A stretch of 34,759 bases of DNA from a virus (IMGVR_UViG_3300030376_004728:1-34759); one strand, 5' to 3'; numbered from the stretch's first letter, positions 1-9,058 are shown. Program-made: numbers and translations. The notes: generated by a model from the sequence alone, not told the origin.

Positions 1-98
1 GACACCGCTTCTGGTTCTCCTGGTGGGGACTTTAGCACTATTAAAGTTCTGGATGTCACCGACAAAAAATCCATTCGAGAAGTAGCGTCGTTCTACGA
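1..98. repeat. Terminal direct repeat, copy 1 (circular assembly overlap)
   Basis: 1-98 is identical to 34661-34758. Base 99 is G and base 34759 is A (GAG/GAA, synonymous in TerL). Confidence 0.97.
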
Positions 99-648
99 GA
101 GGCTCTCCCCGTCGGACTTCCGTGAAGAGGTGCTGAAGATCGCCAAAGAGTATCACGCTCTAGCTGTCATCGAATCTAACTCGTATGGCCTATCGATCGT
201 CGAGCACCTAAGAGACGAAGAGTACTTCCAGATGTACAGGGACACCGCCTACGATAAGACCTCGGGCGTATGGAAGCCTAAGTGGGGCTACAACACCAAC
301 GTCAAATCAAGAGGCCTATTGTTAACGAGACTGTACGAGCACGTCACAAGGGAGTGGATTCAAATCAGGGATCAGAACTTCATGCTCGAGGCGAACAGTT
401 TAATCTACAATAACAGGGGTAAAGTCGAAGCCGCAGCTGGTAAACATGACGATATGATCATTGCAACTGGCCTTGCGTTGATGGGACTTGATCAGATACA
501 CGACATCGTCCAAGAGGTACAGAAGTCGGCGAAGCCAGCCAACATAAGCGATATGCTTCAGTGGGAACAGGCAACCGGCAAACAGTATCGAGGGACAGGT
601 AGCGACGAGTTTTCATTGGGTGCTTCGTCGTTACTTAACTCAATATAA
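1..648 (+). CDS. terL: Terminase large subunit, C-terminal RNase H-like nuclease part (continues from 33725 across the junction)
   Basis: Frame 1 is open from base 1: DTASGSPGGDFSTIKVLDV...AVIESNSYG...GKHDDMIIATGLA. These are typical TerL nuclease motifs, in frame with 33725-34759. Confidence 0.93.
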   Translation, partial: DTASGSPGGDFSTIKVLDVTDKKSIREVASFYERLSPSDFREEVLKIAKEYHALAVIESNSYGLSIVEHLRDEEYFQMYRDTAYDKTSGVWKPKWGYNTNVKSRGLLLTRLYEHVTREWIQIRDQNFMLEANSLIYNNRGKVEAAAGKHDDMIIATGLALMGLDQIHDIVQEVQKSAKPANISDMLQWEQATGKQYRGTGSDEFSLGASSLLNSI

Positions 649-650
649 CC

Positions 651-701
651 CAATGTAACTACGTTGCGCGAGCGTCATTCGCGTAGGAAAGGCGTAAAAT
701 T
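651..701 (+). promoter_or_regulatory. Hairpin(s) abutting the scaffold gene RBS
   Basis: TGCGCGAG (665-672) pairs with TTCGCGTA (678-685), directly followed by GGAAAGG and the ATG at 702. Confidence 0.4.
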
Positions 702-1526
702 ATGTTGTCAGATGAACAACAGAACGAGCTGGCCGCCGCGCTCGAAGGACTTAATCTTGGTGAGGAGCCCGCTGCTCAAGCACCTGAGCCCGAACCGGTA
801 GAGGTTCAGGAAGAAGCTAGCGAGCCCGTACATGAGTCGGAAGCACCAGAAGAGGTAGCGCTCGACGCTAGCGATGAGACCGATGAAGTTGAGGATGAGT
901 CGGGGCATAATGTGCCTTATTCTCGTTTCTCAAAGGTTATCGCAGCAAAGAACCAGTACGCTGATGAGGCTGAAACGCTCCGGCAGGAAGTGGATCGTCT
1001 TCGTCAAGCTGAGCAGGAACTTGAAACCCTGCGACGCTACAACATGAACCAGCCGCAACAAACCAGTTCGGAGGAATCGTATGACTATGATGATGTCGAT
1101 CCCTACGATAAGCGCTTGGCCATGTTGGAAAATAGACTGGTAGAGACAGAGCGTGAAGCAACGATCCGGGAGCACATGAGCCAGATGGAACAGCAGATTG
1201 CTGTCATCCAGCAAGAGCATCCCAATGTCGATCCGATCGCATTACTGCAGCATGTGCAGCATAATCCCGATGCGGACCTTATGGAACTGGCGACATCTGA
1301 AGCGGCGAGAGTTGCTGAGATGCGAGAGTCCGTAATTGCTGAGTACCTTGAATCGAACCCGCACCTGCAACAGCAGGCTCCTGCTACGCCTCCAGACGTG
1401 CCCCCTGAAGTTCGTAATAAATCAAACAATGGATCACGCGGCTTTGCTGGCTCTCAGAGTCCTAGTTCATGGGAAGACGCTCATGCACAGGCTCGGAAAG
1501 CAATTGAAGCAGCATGGACTGGGTGA
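702..1526 (+). CDS. Capsid scaffolding protein
   Basis: 274 aa with an acidic disordered N-terminus, VPYSRFSKVI motif, coiled coils and a short C-terminal helix. It lies directly upstream of the capsid gene. Confidence 0.8.
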   Translation: MLSDEQQNELAAALEGLNLGEEPAAQAPEPEPVEVQEEASEPVHESEAPEEVALDASDETDEVEDESGHNVPYSRFSKVIAAKNQYADEAETLRQEVDRLRQAEQELETLRRYNMNQPQQTSSEESYDYDDVDPYDKRLAMLENRLVETEREATIREHMSQMEQQIAVIQQEHPNVDPIALLQHVQHNPDADLMELATSEAARVAEMRESVIAEYLESNPHLQQQAPATPPDVPPEVRNKSNNGSRGFAGSQSPSSWEDAHAQARKAIEAAWTG

Positions 1527-1550
1527 TCCTAACTATTAAGGAATAGTACA

Positions 1551-2825
1551 ATGGCTGCTGCTAGTTTAACTACGTTAAGCGCGGTGATGAAGCAGTTCTA
1601 TCTGGGACCTTTGCAGGACCAGTTGAACAACGAAATCATGGCGTTTGACCTCTTCCAAAAGACCAAGGTCGATTGGGTTGGTAAAGAAGCGATCATTCCC
1701 GTGCGGACTGCTCGCAATAACTCTCCTGCGTTTAGCGCAACGGCTGCTCTTCCGCCCGTCGGAAGCCAGACCTATGCTTCGCTTACGGTTGAAGCAAAGT
1801 ACCTGTATGGTCGTATGCAAATCGATGGCCCGGCAATTGCTCAGGCTAAAGCCAGCGTAGGTGCGTTCATCAACGGCCTTCAGGTCGAACTTGATGGCGC
1901 AATGGAAACCGTCAAGAACGCTTGCGATCAAGCCCTGTTTACGGGTGCTGGTGGTGTTGGCTTCTTGAACGAGCGTGAAGCGTTCGGCGCTAATGCTGCA
2001 ATTGAGTTTTCGGGTAACATTGATTTGATCCCCGAGGGCGCTGGTGCCAAGGTTGCGGGTACGCTTGTTCGTCTCGACACCTACAAGTCGATTGCTGTGA
2101 CGATGTATCGTGATGCAGGCGCTAAGCAACACATCAAGTTTGATGCCGCTGTCGATACGCGTGACATTGATGGTGCGGGAACTGCTGCTGCGGGTACTGC
2201 TCACCTTGTCATCATTGGTGCTAAGACCGAAGAGTCCATGGGTATCTATGGCAACCTCGGTGAGAAGACGCACTTTGGTGTTGATCGAAGCACTGGCGCT
2301 AACGTTGTGCTGCAAAGCATTATTCGTGCGGCAAACCTTGCTGGCACGGGTGACCGCGTTGATCTTTCGACGGGTCGTATGCAGGCCATGATCGATGACA
2401 TTGCTACCGAATCGGGCTCCACGCCGGACTGCATGTTGGCACACTATGTGTTCCGTCAGCAGTACGTCGGTCAGTTGTCCTTCGTGACCACCACTGAAGC
2501 TGCAGCGGGAATTGCTTCGACAACCAGTCGCACTAAGTCGGTAGACAACGGTGATGCTGGCTTCGACATGGGTCAGTTGGCGTTCAACGGCATTCCGCTT
2601 AAGGTGAGTCGTCACTGCGGCAAGGGTCTCTTGATCTTCTTGCACACTCGCTCGTGGGCTCTCGTGCAGATCGAAGATCCGAACCTGGCTGACTTGGACG
2701 GCAACGTCCTTAGCCGTGTCTCGGCAAGCGATTCGTACGAAGCGTATGTCCGGTACTACTACAACTTGGTTTGCAAGCAGCCTAATCGCAATGCGATCTT
2801 GGTCGGCTTGAACTTCCCGGCGTAG
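1551..2825 (+). CDS. Major capsid protein (HK97-fold presumed)
   Basis: 424 aa, RBS AAGGA. N-terminus LSAVMKQFYLGPLQDQLN, FNGIPL and a C-terminal YYNLVCKQPNRNAIL pattern are typical of phage capsids. It follows the scaffold gene. Confidence 0.88.
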   Translation: MAAASLTTLSAVMKQFYLGPLQDQLNNEIMAFDLFQKTKVDWVGKEAIIPVRTARNNSPAFSATAALPPVGSQTYASLTVEAKYLYGRMQIDGPAIAQAKASVGAFINGLQVELDGAMETVKNACDQALFTGAGGVGFLNEREAFGANAAIEFSGNIDLIPEGAGAKVAGTLVRLDTYKSIAVTMYRDAGAKQHIKFDAAVDTRDIDGAGTAAAGTAHLVIIGAKTEESMGIYGNLGEKTHFGVDRSTGANVVLQSIIRAANLAGTGDRVDLSTGRMQAMIDDIATESGSTPDCMLAHYVFRQQYVGQLSFVTTTEAAAGIASTTSRTKSVDNGDAGFDMGQLAFNGIPLKVSRHCGKGLLIFLHTRSWALVQIEDPNLADLDGNVLSRVSASDSYEAYVRYYYNLVCKQPNRNAILVGLNFPA

Positions 2826-2832
2826 TACTAAC

Positions 2833-2979
2833 GTGGAGTGGATTGCCCTCTCACTGGATCTGGCTCAGACCGCATTGGTGTTTATCATCTGGCGTGATGT
2901 CCGGAACTGGTGGGGGGGTGATTCCTCCCAAGTCGGGGATGATGATTTGTCTCCGCAGCAGATTTTAGGGGAGCCCTAA
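2833..2979 (+). CDS. Small putative membrane protein, 48 aa (below ORF-track cutoff)
   Basis: GTG at 2833 gives MEWIALSLDLAQTALVFIIWRDVRNWWGG...ILGEP. Its TAA overlaps the next ATG (TAATG at 2977-2981) and it fills the gap exactly. The RBS is weak. Confidence 0.55.
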   Translation: MEWIALSLDLAQTALVFIIWRDVRNWWGGDSSQVGDDDLSPQQILGEP

Positions 2980-3230
2980 TGGCAAGCCGCCAGCTTCCTG
3001 GTATCAGCTCTGTTGATTTCTCCGAAGCGTTGCGCTTGGCAGCCGCTCGCAAAACGCGAGCCGAAGAAGAGCGCAAACGGAAAGAGGCGGAAAAGAGGGC
3101 CCTTATTATGAAGGCTGTTAATCCGTTGTTGTCGATGGCGGCAACAGCTTACGGGGGGCCTGTCGCAGGGTCTGTTGTCTCCGCAGCGCTGCCTGTTGCA
3201 GCAAAAGCTTTAGGGTCGTTAGGAAGATAA
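2979..3230 (+). CDS. Hypothetical protein, possible minor internal virion protein
   Basis: 83 aa with a charged helix followed by a Gly/Ala-rich hydrophobic tail. RBS GGGAG, coupled to neighbouring genes. Confidence 0.7.
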   Translation: MASRQLPGISSVDFSEALRLAAARKTRAEEERKRKEAEKRALIMKAVNPLLSMAATAYGGPVAGSVVSAALPVAAKALGSLGR

Positions 3231-3231
3231 A

Positions 3232-3468
3232 ATGAAAAACGGTGGAACTGGTTGGCGTAAGATCGTCATGGGTATCGCAGCTGCTTTGCTTCCGATGGTG
3301 TTGAGGGCTGTAAACCCCGAGATGCCTGTCGAAGAGATCGTGGTCAGCGTTATGGGCTTGCTTGGTGCAATCCTCGGTGTTGCTTGGCAGGATGCTGCTA
3401 AAGAGAAACGTGCGGCGCTGGAGAGTGTAAACAACCCCCCGGCACCATCCCCCGAAACCCAGGATTAA
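3232..3468 (+). CDS. Holin-like protein with two predicted TM segments
   Basis: 78 aa with a basic N-terminus, hydrophobic IVMGIAAALLPMVL and IVVSVMGLLGAILGVAW, and a charged tail. Confidence 0.65.
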   Translation: MKNGGTGWRKIVMGIAAALLPMVLRAVNPEMPVEEIVVSVMGLLGAILGVAWQDAAKEKRAALESVNNPPAPSPETQD

Positions 3469-3662
3469 AAAATCTTAGTCCGAAGGATTCTGGGGGCATC
3501 GATCTCAACCTTGGCAGTAACGACGATCTTTGGTTTGTCCGTGGGGATCTTACTCATCGTGTCAGCAGGCAATTTGAAGTCGGGATGACAGGCGAGATCA
3601 AATCAGACTGGGGCGGCGATCCTGAATGGGCAGTCGGCGCTGGTCTCAAATGGAGATGGTAA
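3402..3662 (+). CDS. Start-less -1 frame encoding four amphipathic beta-strands; candidate frameshift extension of 3232..3468
   Basis: Open between TAA at 3399 and TAA at 3660, with no ATG/GTG/TTG before 3585. It reads ...GGIDLNLGSNDDLWFVRGDLTHRVSRQFEVGMTGEIKSDWGGDPEWAVGAGLKWRW and ends 1 nt before the next ATG. Confidence 0.65.
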   Translation, partial: RETCGAGECKQPPGTIPRNPGLKNLSPKDSGGIDLNLGSNDDLWFVRGDLTHRVSRQFEVGMTGEIKSDWGGDPEWAVGAGLKWRW

Positions 3663-3663
3663 C

Positions 3664-3885
3664 ATGGCCTATGTAGGTTTCAAAAAGTTACAAGGCAAAC
3701 TCGAGGCTCAGGGTAAAAGCCCTAAAGCTGCTGGTGCTATTGCTGCCTCGATTGGTCGCAAGAAATACGGTAAGAAGAAGTTCAATAAAGCAGCGGCTGA
3801 GGGTAAGTCCTTGCGTGGTGCTGCGGCAAAACGCATCAAGAACAAGATGGTGGACTACTCCAAACAGAACGCTAGTTATTCGTAA
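3664..3885 (+). CDS. Small Lys-rich basic protein
   Basis: 73 aa with AIAASIGRKKYGKKKF motif and RBS GGAG. Confidence 0.8.
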   Translation: MAYVGFKKLQGKLEAQGKSPKAAGAIAASIGRKKYGKKKFNKAAAEGKSLRGAAAKRIKNKMVDYSKQNASYS

Positions 3886-3894
3886 GGTAGAGAC

Positions 3895-5796
3895 ATGAAG
3901 ATTCCTGACGCAGGTAAACTCTCGGATCAGATTGCAAAGTGTAGAAGTGATCGGCAGAAGTTTGCTCGTGCTTGGGATCTTTGCTTGCTCTTCCTTCAGG
4001 GAAAGCAGCACGTTAAATACGACAGGGTAAAGCAAACCTTTGTCCGCACGGGCGCAGATGAGATGCAGGTGACAATCAACCTGATCGTAAACATCTACCG
4101 CAACGTGCAAGCACGGCTCACGCTGGCCTATCCTTCGGCTACTGTGTTGCCAGCCAGTGAATCAAACGAGGACATCATCAAGGCGAAGAGCTGCGAGTAT
4201 GCCCTCAAGTATTACTGGAACAACGATAAGATCAAACGCAAGCTTGTTGACGCCATTCGGTGGCTCCTGACCTGCGGCAACGTAGGCCTTCATACTAAGT
4301 ACAACGGCGAGAAGGTAACCACCGAAGCCATTAGTCCGTATGACCTGTACTTCGAGCCGGGCCTTGACGATCCTGACCAATGTAATTGGATTGGGTACGC
4401 TAAGCTGGTGAACCGAGAAGAACTTGAAGAGGCCTATCCCAATAAGAAGGACATCATTAAGAACGCTGCGGAAGCTACTAACTCAACGCCTGGTGCGTCA
4501 TGGTTCAGGCTCCGGCAGACTTCGACACCGAAGGATCGAGTAGAAATCTATGATGTATACTTTCGCAGCGGTGAGCGTCGCGTTGTTCTTGGCGGTAGTT
4601 ATCTTTTTGAAGGGGAGTGGGTAGGCAAGACGATGCCGATCCAGTTCATCCGCTACACTCCGGTTCCGGGTCAGTTGTGGGGCATGGGCATGATTGAACC
4701 ATTGCTCGACATCCAAGACCAGTACAACCGAGTCCGTGGTCAGATCATTGAGAACAGTGACTTGATCGCTAACCCGAAGTGGATGATCCCGAAGAGCGCA
4801 GGTGTTGGCCCATCCAGCATTACCCGGCGACGAGGTGAGAAGGTCTATTACAACGACGTAGGTGGGCAACGACCTATGCCGGTTCAGATGCCATCACTAC
4901 CGGGATACGTTCTCCAGCAGGTATCAGTACTTCATGGAGAGATGTTAGACGTGGCTGGTGTCCACGCTACGAGCCTTGGTAAGCGAGCGGTAGGGGTTAC
5001 CTCAAGTGTAGCCATGCAATCGCTTGCAAGCAAAGACTCGCAACAGTTGATGGTGACGCAAGAGGACCTTGAAGAGGCCGTCATTGATCTGAGCAAAGTA
5101 GCGCTGACGTTGATGCAGAAGTACTACACCGAGAAGCGCATGGTGCGTATGCTCGATAACTTAGGGCAAGTCGTCTTCCATGCCTTAGACAGCACAAGTC
5201 TTATGAAGGACCCTGAAGTGTTCATCGAAGCGGGCTCTATGTTCCGTGATGAGCGTAAGGATCGTGATCAGAAGGTGCTCGACCTCGTCCAGATGGGCAT
5301 GTTGCAACCTGCTGACGCCATGAAGGAACTGACGTTTGGTAGTGGCCTCGAGCAGGTCAGCGAGAAACTGCAGGCTATGGCGCACGCTCAGGATCTTCTT
5401 GAGGCGGCTAAGTTGGGCGCTGCTATCGAGATCTTCCCGACGGACGACCTCAAGTCATTCGGCGAGGTCTTCGGTGACTACATCCGAACGGATCAGTATT
5501 ACCAGTTGCCGGAAGAGCGCCAGCAGTACATCCGTGACATCTACCTCAGTGTTGAGACCTTTGGCACGCAAGCGGAAGTCCAAGTCGAGGCACTCAAGAA
5601 CCGTAAGGTCTTCCCTCGGTCAGCACCCCCTGAGCAGATGACGGAGATGGCCGTGACCATGGAGTCCCCGACCTCCGCCATCCAAGCGCAGATGGAATCC
5701 GAACGCATGGGCGTTATGGATATGAACCGACAGATGGTAGACGAGCAAGGACCTGAGCAGGGTCTGCCGACCACGATTATGGGAGCCCAGGGATGA
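3895..5796 (+). CDS. Portal protein
   Basis: 633 aa. ISPYDLYFEPG, LWGMGMIEPLLDIQDQYNR, ANPKWMIP and EMLDVAGVH follow the pattern of P22-like portals. It precedes the adaptor and nozzle genes. Confidence 0.88.
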   Translation: MKIPDAGKLSDQIAKCRSDRQKFARAWDLCLLFLQGKQHVKYDRVKQTFVRTGADEMQVTINLIVNIYRNVQARLTLAYPSATVLPASESNEDIIKAKSCEYALKYYWNNDKIKRKLVDAIRWLLTCGNVGLHTKYNGEKVTTEAISPYDLYFEPGLDDPDQCNWIGYAKLVNREELEEAYPNKKDIIKNAAEATNSTPGASWFRLRQTSTPKDRVEIYDVYFRSGERRVVLGGSYLFEGEWVGKTMPIQFIRYTPVPGQLWGMGMIEPLLDIQDQYNRVRGQIIENSDLIANPKWMIPKSAGVGPSSITRRRGEKVYYNDVGGQRPMPVQMPSLPGYVLQQVSVLHGEMLDVAGVHATSLGKRAVGVTSSVAMQSLASKDSQQLMVTQEDLEEAVIDLSKVALTLMQKYYTEKRMVRMLDNLGQVVFHALDSTSLMKDPEVFIEAGSMFRDERKDRDQKVLDLVQMGMLQPADAMKELTFGSGLEQVSEKLQAMAHAQDLLEAAKLGAAIEIFPTDDLKSFGEVFGDYIRTDQYYQLPEERQQYIRDIYLSVETFGTQAEVQVEALKNRKVFPRSAPPEQMTEMAVTMESPTSAIQAQMESERMGVMDMNRQMVDEQGPEQGLPTTIMGAQG

Positions 5797-6455
5797 ACGT
5801 AACGCAAGTCTACGATTTGTTTAGGGCCTTGATCGATGAGACGGATCAAACGTTTCTAACGGACGCTCAAGCTGAGTCGTACCTAGCTCAAGGGTATCGA
5901 GAGTTTAGGCAATCGGTCTACTCTGTCGATCCTGACATCTACAATACGCAGTACAAGTTCACGGCAGCAGGTAAAACCTTTAGCCTTGATGGCTCGCTGC
6001 TGGGTCCTGGAGCAACCAATCGCATGGAGCGGTTCTTGCGCTTGGGTCAGATCAACACGATCGCCGGCAATGAGATCCAGTACTACCTTGAGGCGTGTCC
6101 TAATCAGGAGCAGCTCAACCGAGAGCAGGGCGAGTACTGCCTGAGTGGGCGCAATATCGTCTTCAACTCAGAGCGCACAGACTTCTTTCGGATTGAGTAC
6201 GTCCCGGCAAGCACGGTTGACTGGACCAAGCACGCAGGCGGAGACAACGAGTACATTGATGATCTGCAAGACCAGCATCCGTTGATTGCTCTACTTGCTG
6301 CGCAGTACTATCAAATCCGAGATGGGGCAGCCAATCCAGTGCTGCAGAACCAGTTAGCCATCCGGCGGCTTGATCTAGTGAACTATCTTACTCAAGGGCG
6401 AAACGCTGCAGGGTCGCACTATATTACTCCTCAAGTCGAATTTTACATGGGCTGA
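5793..6455 (+). CDS. Head-tail adaptor protein
   Basis: 220 aa, ATGA overlap with the portal. Helical N-terminus (LFRALIDETDQTFLTDAQAESYL), beta-rich middle and HPLIALLAA helix. Confidence 0.7.
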   Translation: MNVTQVYDLFRALIDETDQTFLTDAQAESYLAQGYREFRQSVYSVDPDIYNTQYKFTAAGKTFSLDGSLLGPGATNRMERFLRLGQINTIAGNEIQYYLEACPNQEQLNREQGEYCLSGRNIVFNSERTDFFRIEYVPASTVDWTKHAGGDNEYIDDLQDQHPLIALLAAQYYQIRDGAANPVLQNQLAIRRLDLVNYLTQGRNAAGSHYITPQVEFYMG

Positions 6456-6457
6456 TC

Positions 6458-9058
6458 ATGGCAACACCGGGTACTGATGTTGAGTTAATCGCTGGTGGAA
6501 CCGAAGGCCGTCCTGCGGAACGAGGCGTTTGGGTGCAGAACATGTGGCGCCCGAAAGGCTCACCGAACTGGCAGACTCGTCCAGGGTTTGGTCAAATGGC
6601 GCAGCTTGATACGACTCTGCGGGCTGGAATTGCTACAGAGTGGGGAATGACCAAGCACCTTGGGTCGCACCTAGTGCAGACGGAGTGGGGAACCGAGCAG
6701 ATTGTATCGGTGTTCTTGGTCAACGCTCGCAGCGGAACGGACACCATCGACTCATCAAGCCGGTGGGGATCGTATTACTCAGTCTCAATCTTCGATACGA
6801 GCACAGGCAATCATTACGAGCAGGTCCTATTTAGGCACACAGCTCAGAACAAAACAGCGGCGTTTGGTGAGTACAATACGCCCCGCATGGAAGAGTGGTA
6901 TGGTAACTACTCGACCAATGAAACCTATGACAACCAGTCGTTCCTGTATGGCATTGATGATCCGTTTTACTTCACAATGTACCAGAACAACTTGTTCTTC
7001 GGGAATCGCCTGACAGGGCTCTTGTCCTATTTGCCGGCAGACTTCCGGGAGCCCAGAGACCAGACCGTAGACTCTACTCAGTCGAACGACTGGGTTAAAG
7101 GGTATAGCGAAGACTGTTTGGTCACGAAAGTGGTGCCTGTTGACGGTCCCTCGATAGACGCTTTGGCATACCTTACGGAGCAAAACTTTCCCGCCCCAGT
7201 AGCAATCACCACTCTAGGCGGCCGGTTTGTGGTGGCATCTGAGTCGCAGCTTTTGTTCTCCGACGAAAACTTTCCTAACGCATTTATTGACGGGAACGCT
7301 GTTAATGTTCCGAGTAAGAACCCTATAATAGCGATCGCTGAAACAGGCGTTAACCTAGCAGTGTTTACTGAAACCGAGATGCTGTTGTTTCAACCAAGCC
7401 AAGGCGCCCTCCTCGCTCCGGGTCGGTTTACGGTTGTTAGCAGAAACGTGGGTTGTCTTTCCTCTCGGACGCTGACTTCAGTAGGGTCTACGATCTTCTG
7501 GGCAGACACCAATGGGGTCTATGCTTCAAGCAACGGCCTTCAGATCGAAGAGTTGTCCAAACCAATCAACGACTTCTTCAAAGGCGGTATTACCTGCCCG
7601 CTCAATAACTACCTAACAGCTGCTGGTGTTTCTAATCCTGTCGCCGATGCTCAACCTCGGACGTTGTATAGGCAGTCGGACAGCGAAGACATTAGCATTG
7701 CGTACAGCCAAGAGACCGAGTCTCTGTTTGTGTCGTACCCTGGGTCCAACGCCTTGTGGTGTTACAACCAAGGAGGCTGGTCTCTGTGGCCTGTCGAGTC
7801 TACCGTCAAGGAAAGCGGTGGCGCTGCAGTGGTCGGTGTTCAGCAGAACATTACCAATCCTTATGTGATAACAGGCACCAGAGAAGTGTTCCTTGTTGGG
7901 TCTGTTGAAACAGGGACTTTTACTAGCGCAACAACTCGAGCAGAGACGATCTACTCATCAAGTTATTACCTGATGCAGCTTGGGCGAGGCGGCGCTATTG
8001 ACCGATCGATCTACAACGAAGATCAGCGCCTTGTGTACGGCGAGTTTAAGAAGCGTGCTACTGCTGCTGCGGGCAATGCTCGAGCCTACTTTGGGAAGCC
8101 AATCTACGATGCCCTCGGTGGTGCTGCCTTAACCGAAACTCACTGGATTCCGATTGAAATAGTTCCTGACTACACTGCCGTACCTGCCGGGTTCCCGGTC
8201 GGGGTCGAATTGATATTCACCTATGATAAGACTCGCTGGACACCAGGGGCATCATTGGTCATACCGCCAGAGCGCCGCACCCTAAATATAGCCGGCCTTA
8301 CTTACACAGTTACGCCTGCGACATCGACTATTTCTATTGTGTATGCAGGGGGCGCTACGCCTCTTGCGCTTGCTGATAAACAACGGAATCCGTTTGTGTT
8401 GTTGCCAATGACTCCGGTCAGCAGCGCAGCGACGCTTTTGGATTACGGGTTTGATTTCTCCGGGGCTGGAGCACAAGCTAGGATCGCAGCGCCAGGGCCG
8501 GTGTACACCTCGCTTTCGGTCTACATTTGGAACCAGCACTATGGCCCATTGCACGCTAACAACGACGTGGCGCAGCCTGTAGACTGGGCGTACAAATCGC
8601 CTCAAGTAGGGATCGAAAGCGCTGACCACATTAAAGCTCGGGGCATCTTCGCTCGCATGGTGACGCACGGGGCAGGCACTTCTCCGTTGTCCCCTAACTG
8701 GATCTGGGGCGTATACAACACGCTACTAGGTGCGGACTGGAAAGGGTGGACTAGCCAAGTCATTGATTTCTCAAGCGGGCTAGTAAAGATTGCGGACAAG
8801 TTTCCGTTGCGCACTCGGTACAAGGACACCGCTACGTCATCAATGAAGTACAGGCGGTTTAACGCAACGCCTAAGTATGGAGAGTACCTAGTGGACGACG
8901 AAGAGCATGACACGATCGCTACTTCGGATAGCGTCAAGGGTGCTTACCTATCGTACATGATGTTTGGGTTTATGCGTGACCGGGCTGAAAAGGTTGAGAT
9001 TGCCAGCGCTAAAGCTGTGATCCGACCAGGTGGTACTCGGCGAAGGACTGGCCGATGA
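6458..9058 (+). CDS. Tail nozzle / stabilisation protein (P22 gp10 or T7 gp12-like)
   Basis: 866 aa, beta-rich. N-terminal WQTRPGF and VGCLSSRTL..VGSTIFWADTNGVY propeller-like segment. Located after the adaptor. Confidence 0.75.
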   Translation: MATPGTDVELIAGGTEGRPAERGVWVQNMWRPKGSPNWQTRPGFGQMAQLDTTLRAGIATEWGMTKHLGSHLVQTEWGTEQIVSVFLVNARSGTDTIDSSSRWGSYYSVSIFDTSTGNHYEQVLFRHTAQNKTAAFGEYNTPRMEEWYGNYSTNETYDNQSFLYGIDDPFYFTMYQNNLFFGNRLTGLLSYLPADFREPRDQTVDSTQSNDWVKGYSEDCLVTKVVPVDGPSIDALAYLTEQNFPAPVAITTLGGRFVVASESQLLFSDENFPNAFIDGNAVNVPSKNPIIAIAETGVNLAVFTETEMLLFQPSQGALLAPGRFTVVSRNVGCLSSRTLTSVGSTIFWADTNGVYASSNGLQIEELSKPINDFFKGGITCPLNNYLTAAGVSNPVADAQPRTLYRQSDSEDISIAYSQETESLFVSYPGSNALWCYNQGGWSLWPVESTVKESGGAAVVGVQQNITNPYVITGTREVFLVGSVETGTFTSATTRAETIYSSSYYLMQLGRGGAIDRSIYNEDQRLVYGEFKKRATAAAGNARAYFGKPIYDALGGAALTETHWIPIEIVPDYTAVPAGFPVGVELIFTYDKTRWTPGASLVIPPERRTLNIAGLTYTVTPATSTISIVYAGGATPLALADKQRNPFVLLPMTPVSSAATLLDYGFDFSGAGAQARIAAPGPVYTSLSVYIWNQHYGPLHANNDVAQPVDWAYKSPQVGIESADHIKARGIFARMVTHGAGTSPLSPNWIWGVYNTLLGADWKGWTSQVIDFSSGLVKIADKFPLRTRYKDTATSSMKYRRFNATPKYGEYLVDDEEHDTIATSDSVKGAYLSYMMFGFMRDRAEKVEIASAKAVIRPGGTRRRTGR

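Noticed and set aside
1-98. Terminal repeat as a biological DTR
   Set aside because: It lies in the middle of terL, and its length fits an assembler overlap.
1575-2645. 356-aa antisense ORF inside the capsid gene, and similar antisense ORFs elsewhere
   Set aside because: These are shadows of biased codon usage on the coding strand, with no motifs or RBS.
2812-2835. Possible +1 frameshift extension of the capsid into the 48-aa ORF
   Set aside because: The shared open window is only a few codons, with no convincing shift site. An independent GTG start is simpler.
3469-3588. Hydrophobic peptide in frame 0 after the holin-like stop (KILVRRILGASISTLAVTTIFGLSVGILLIV), suggesting readthrough
   Set aside because: TAA is a poor readthrough codon, and this frame ends well before the next gene. 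The -1 frame fills the gap exactly and has a clearer pattern. Not fully excluded.
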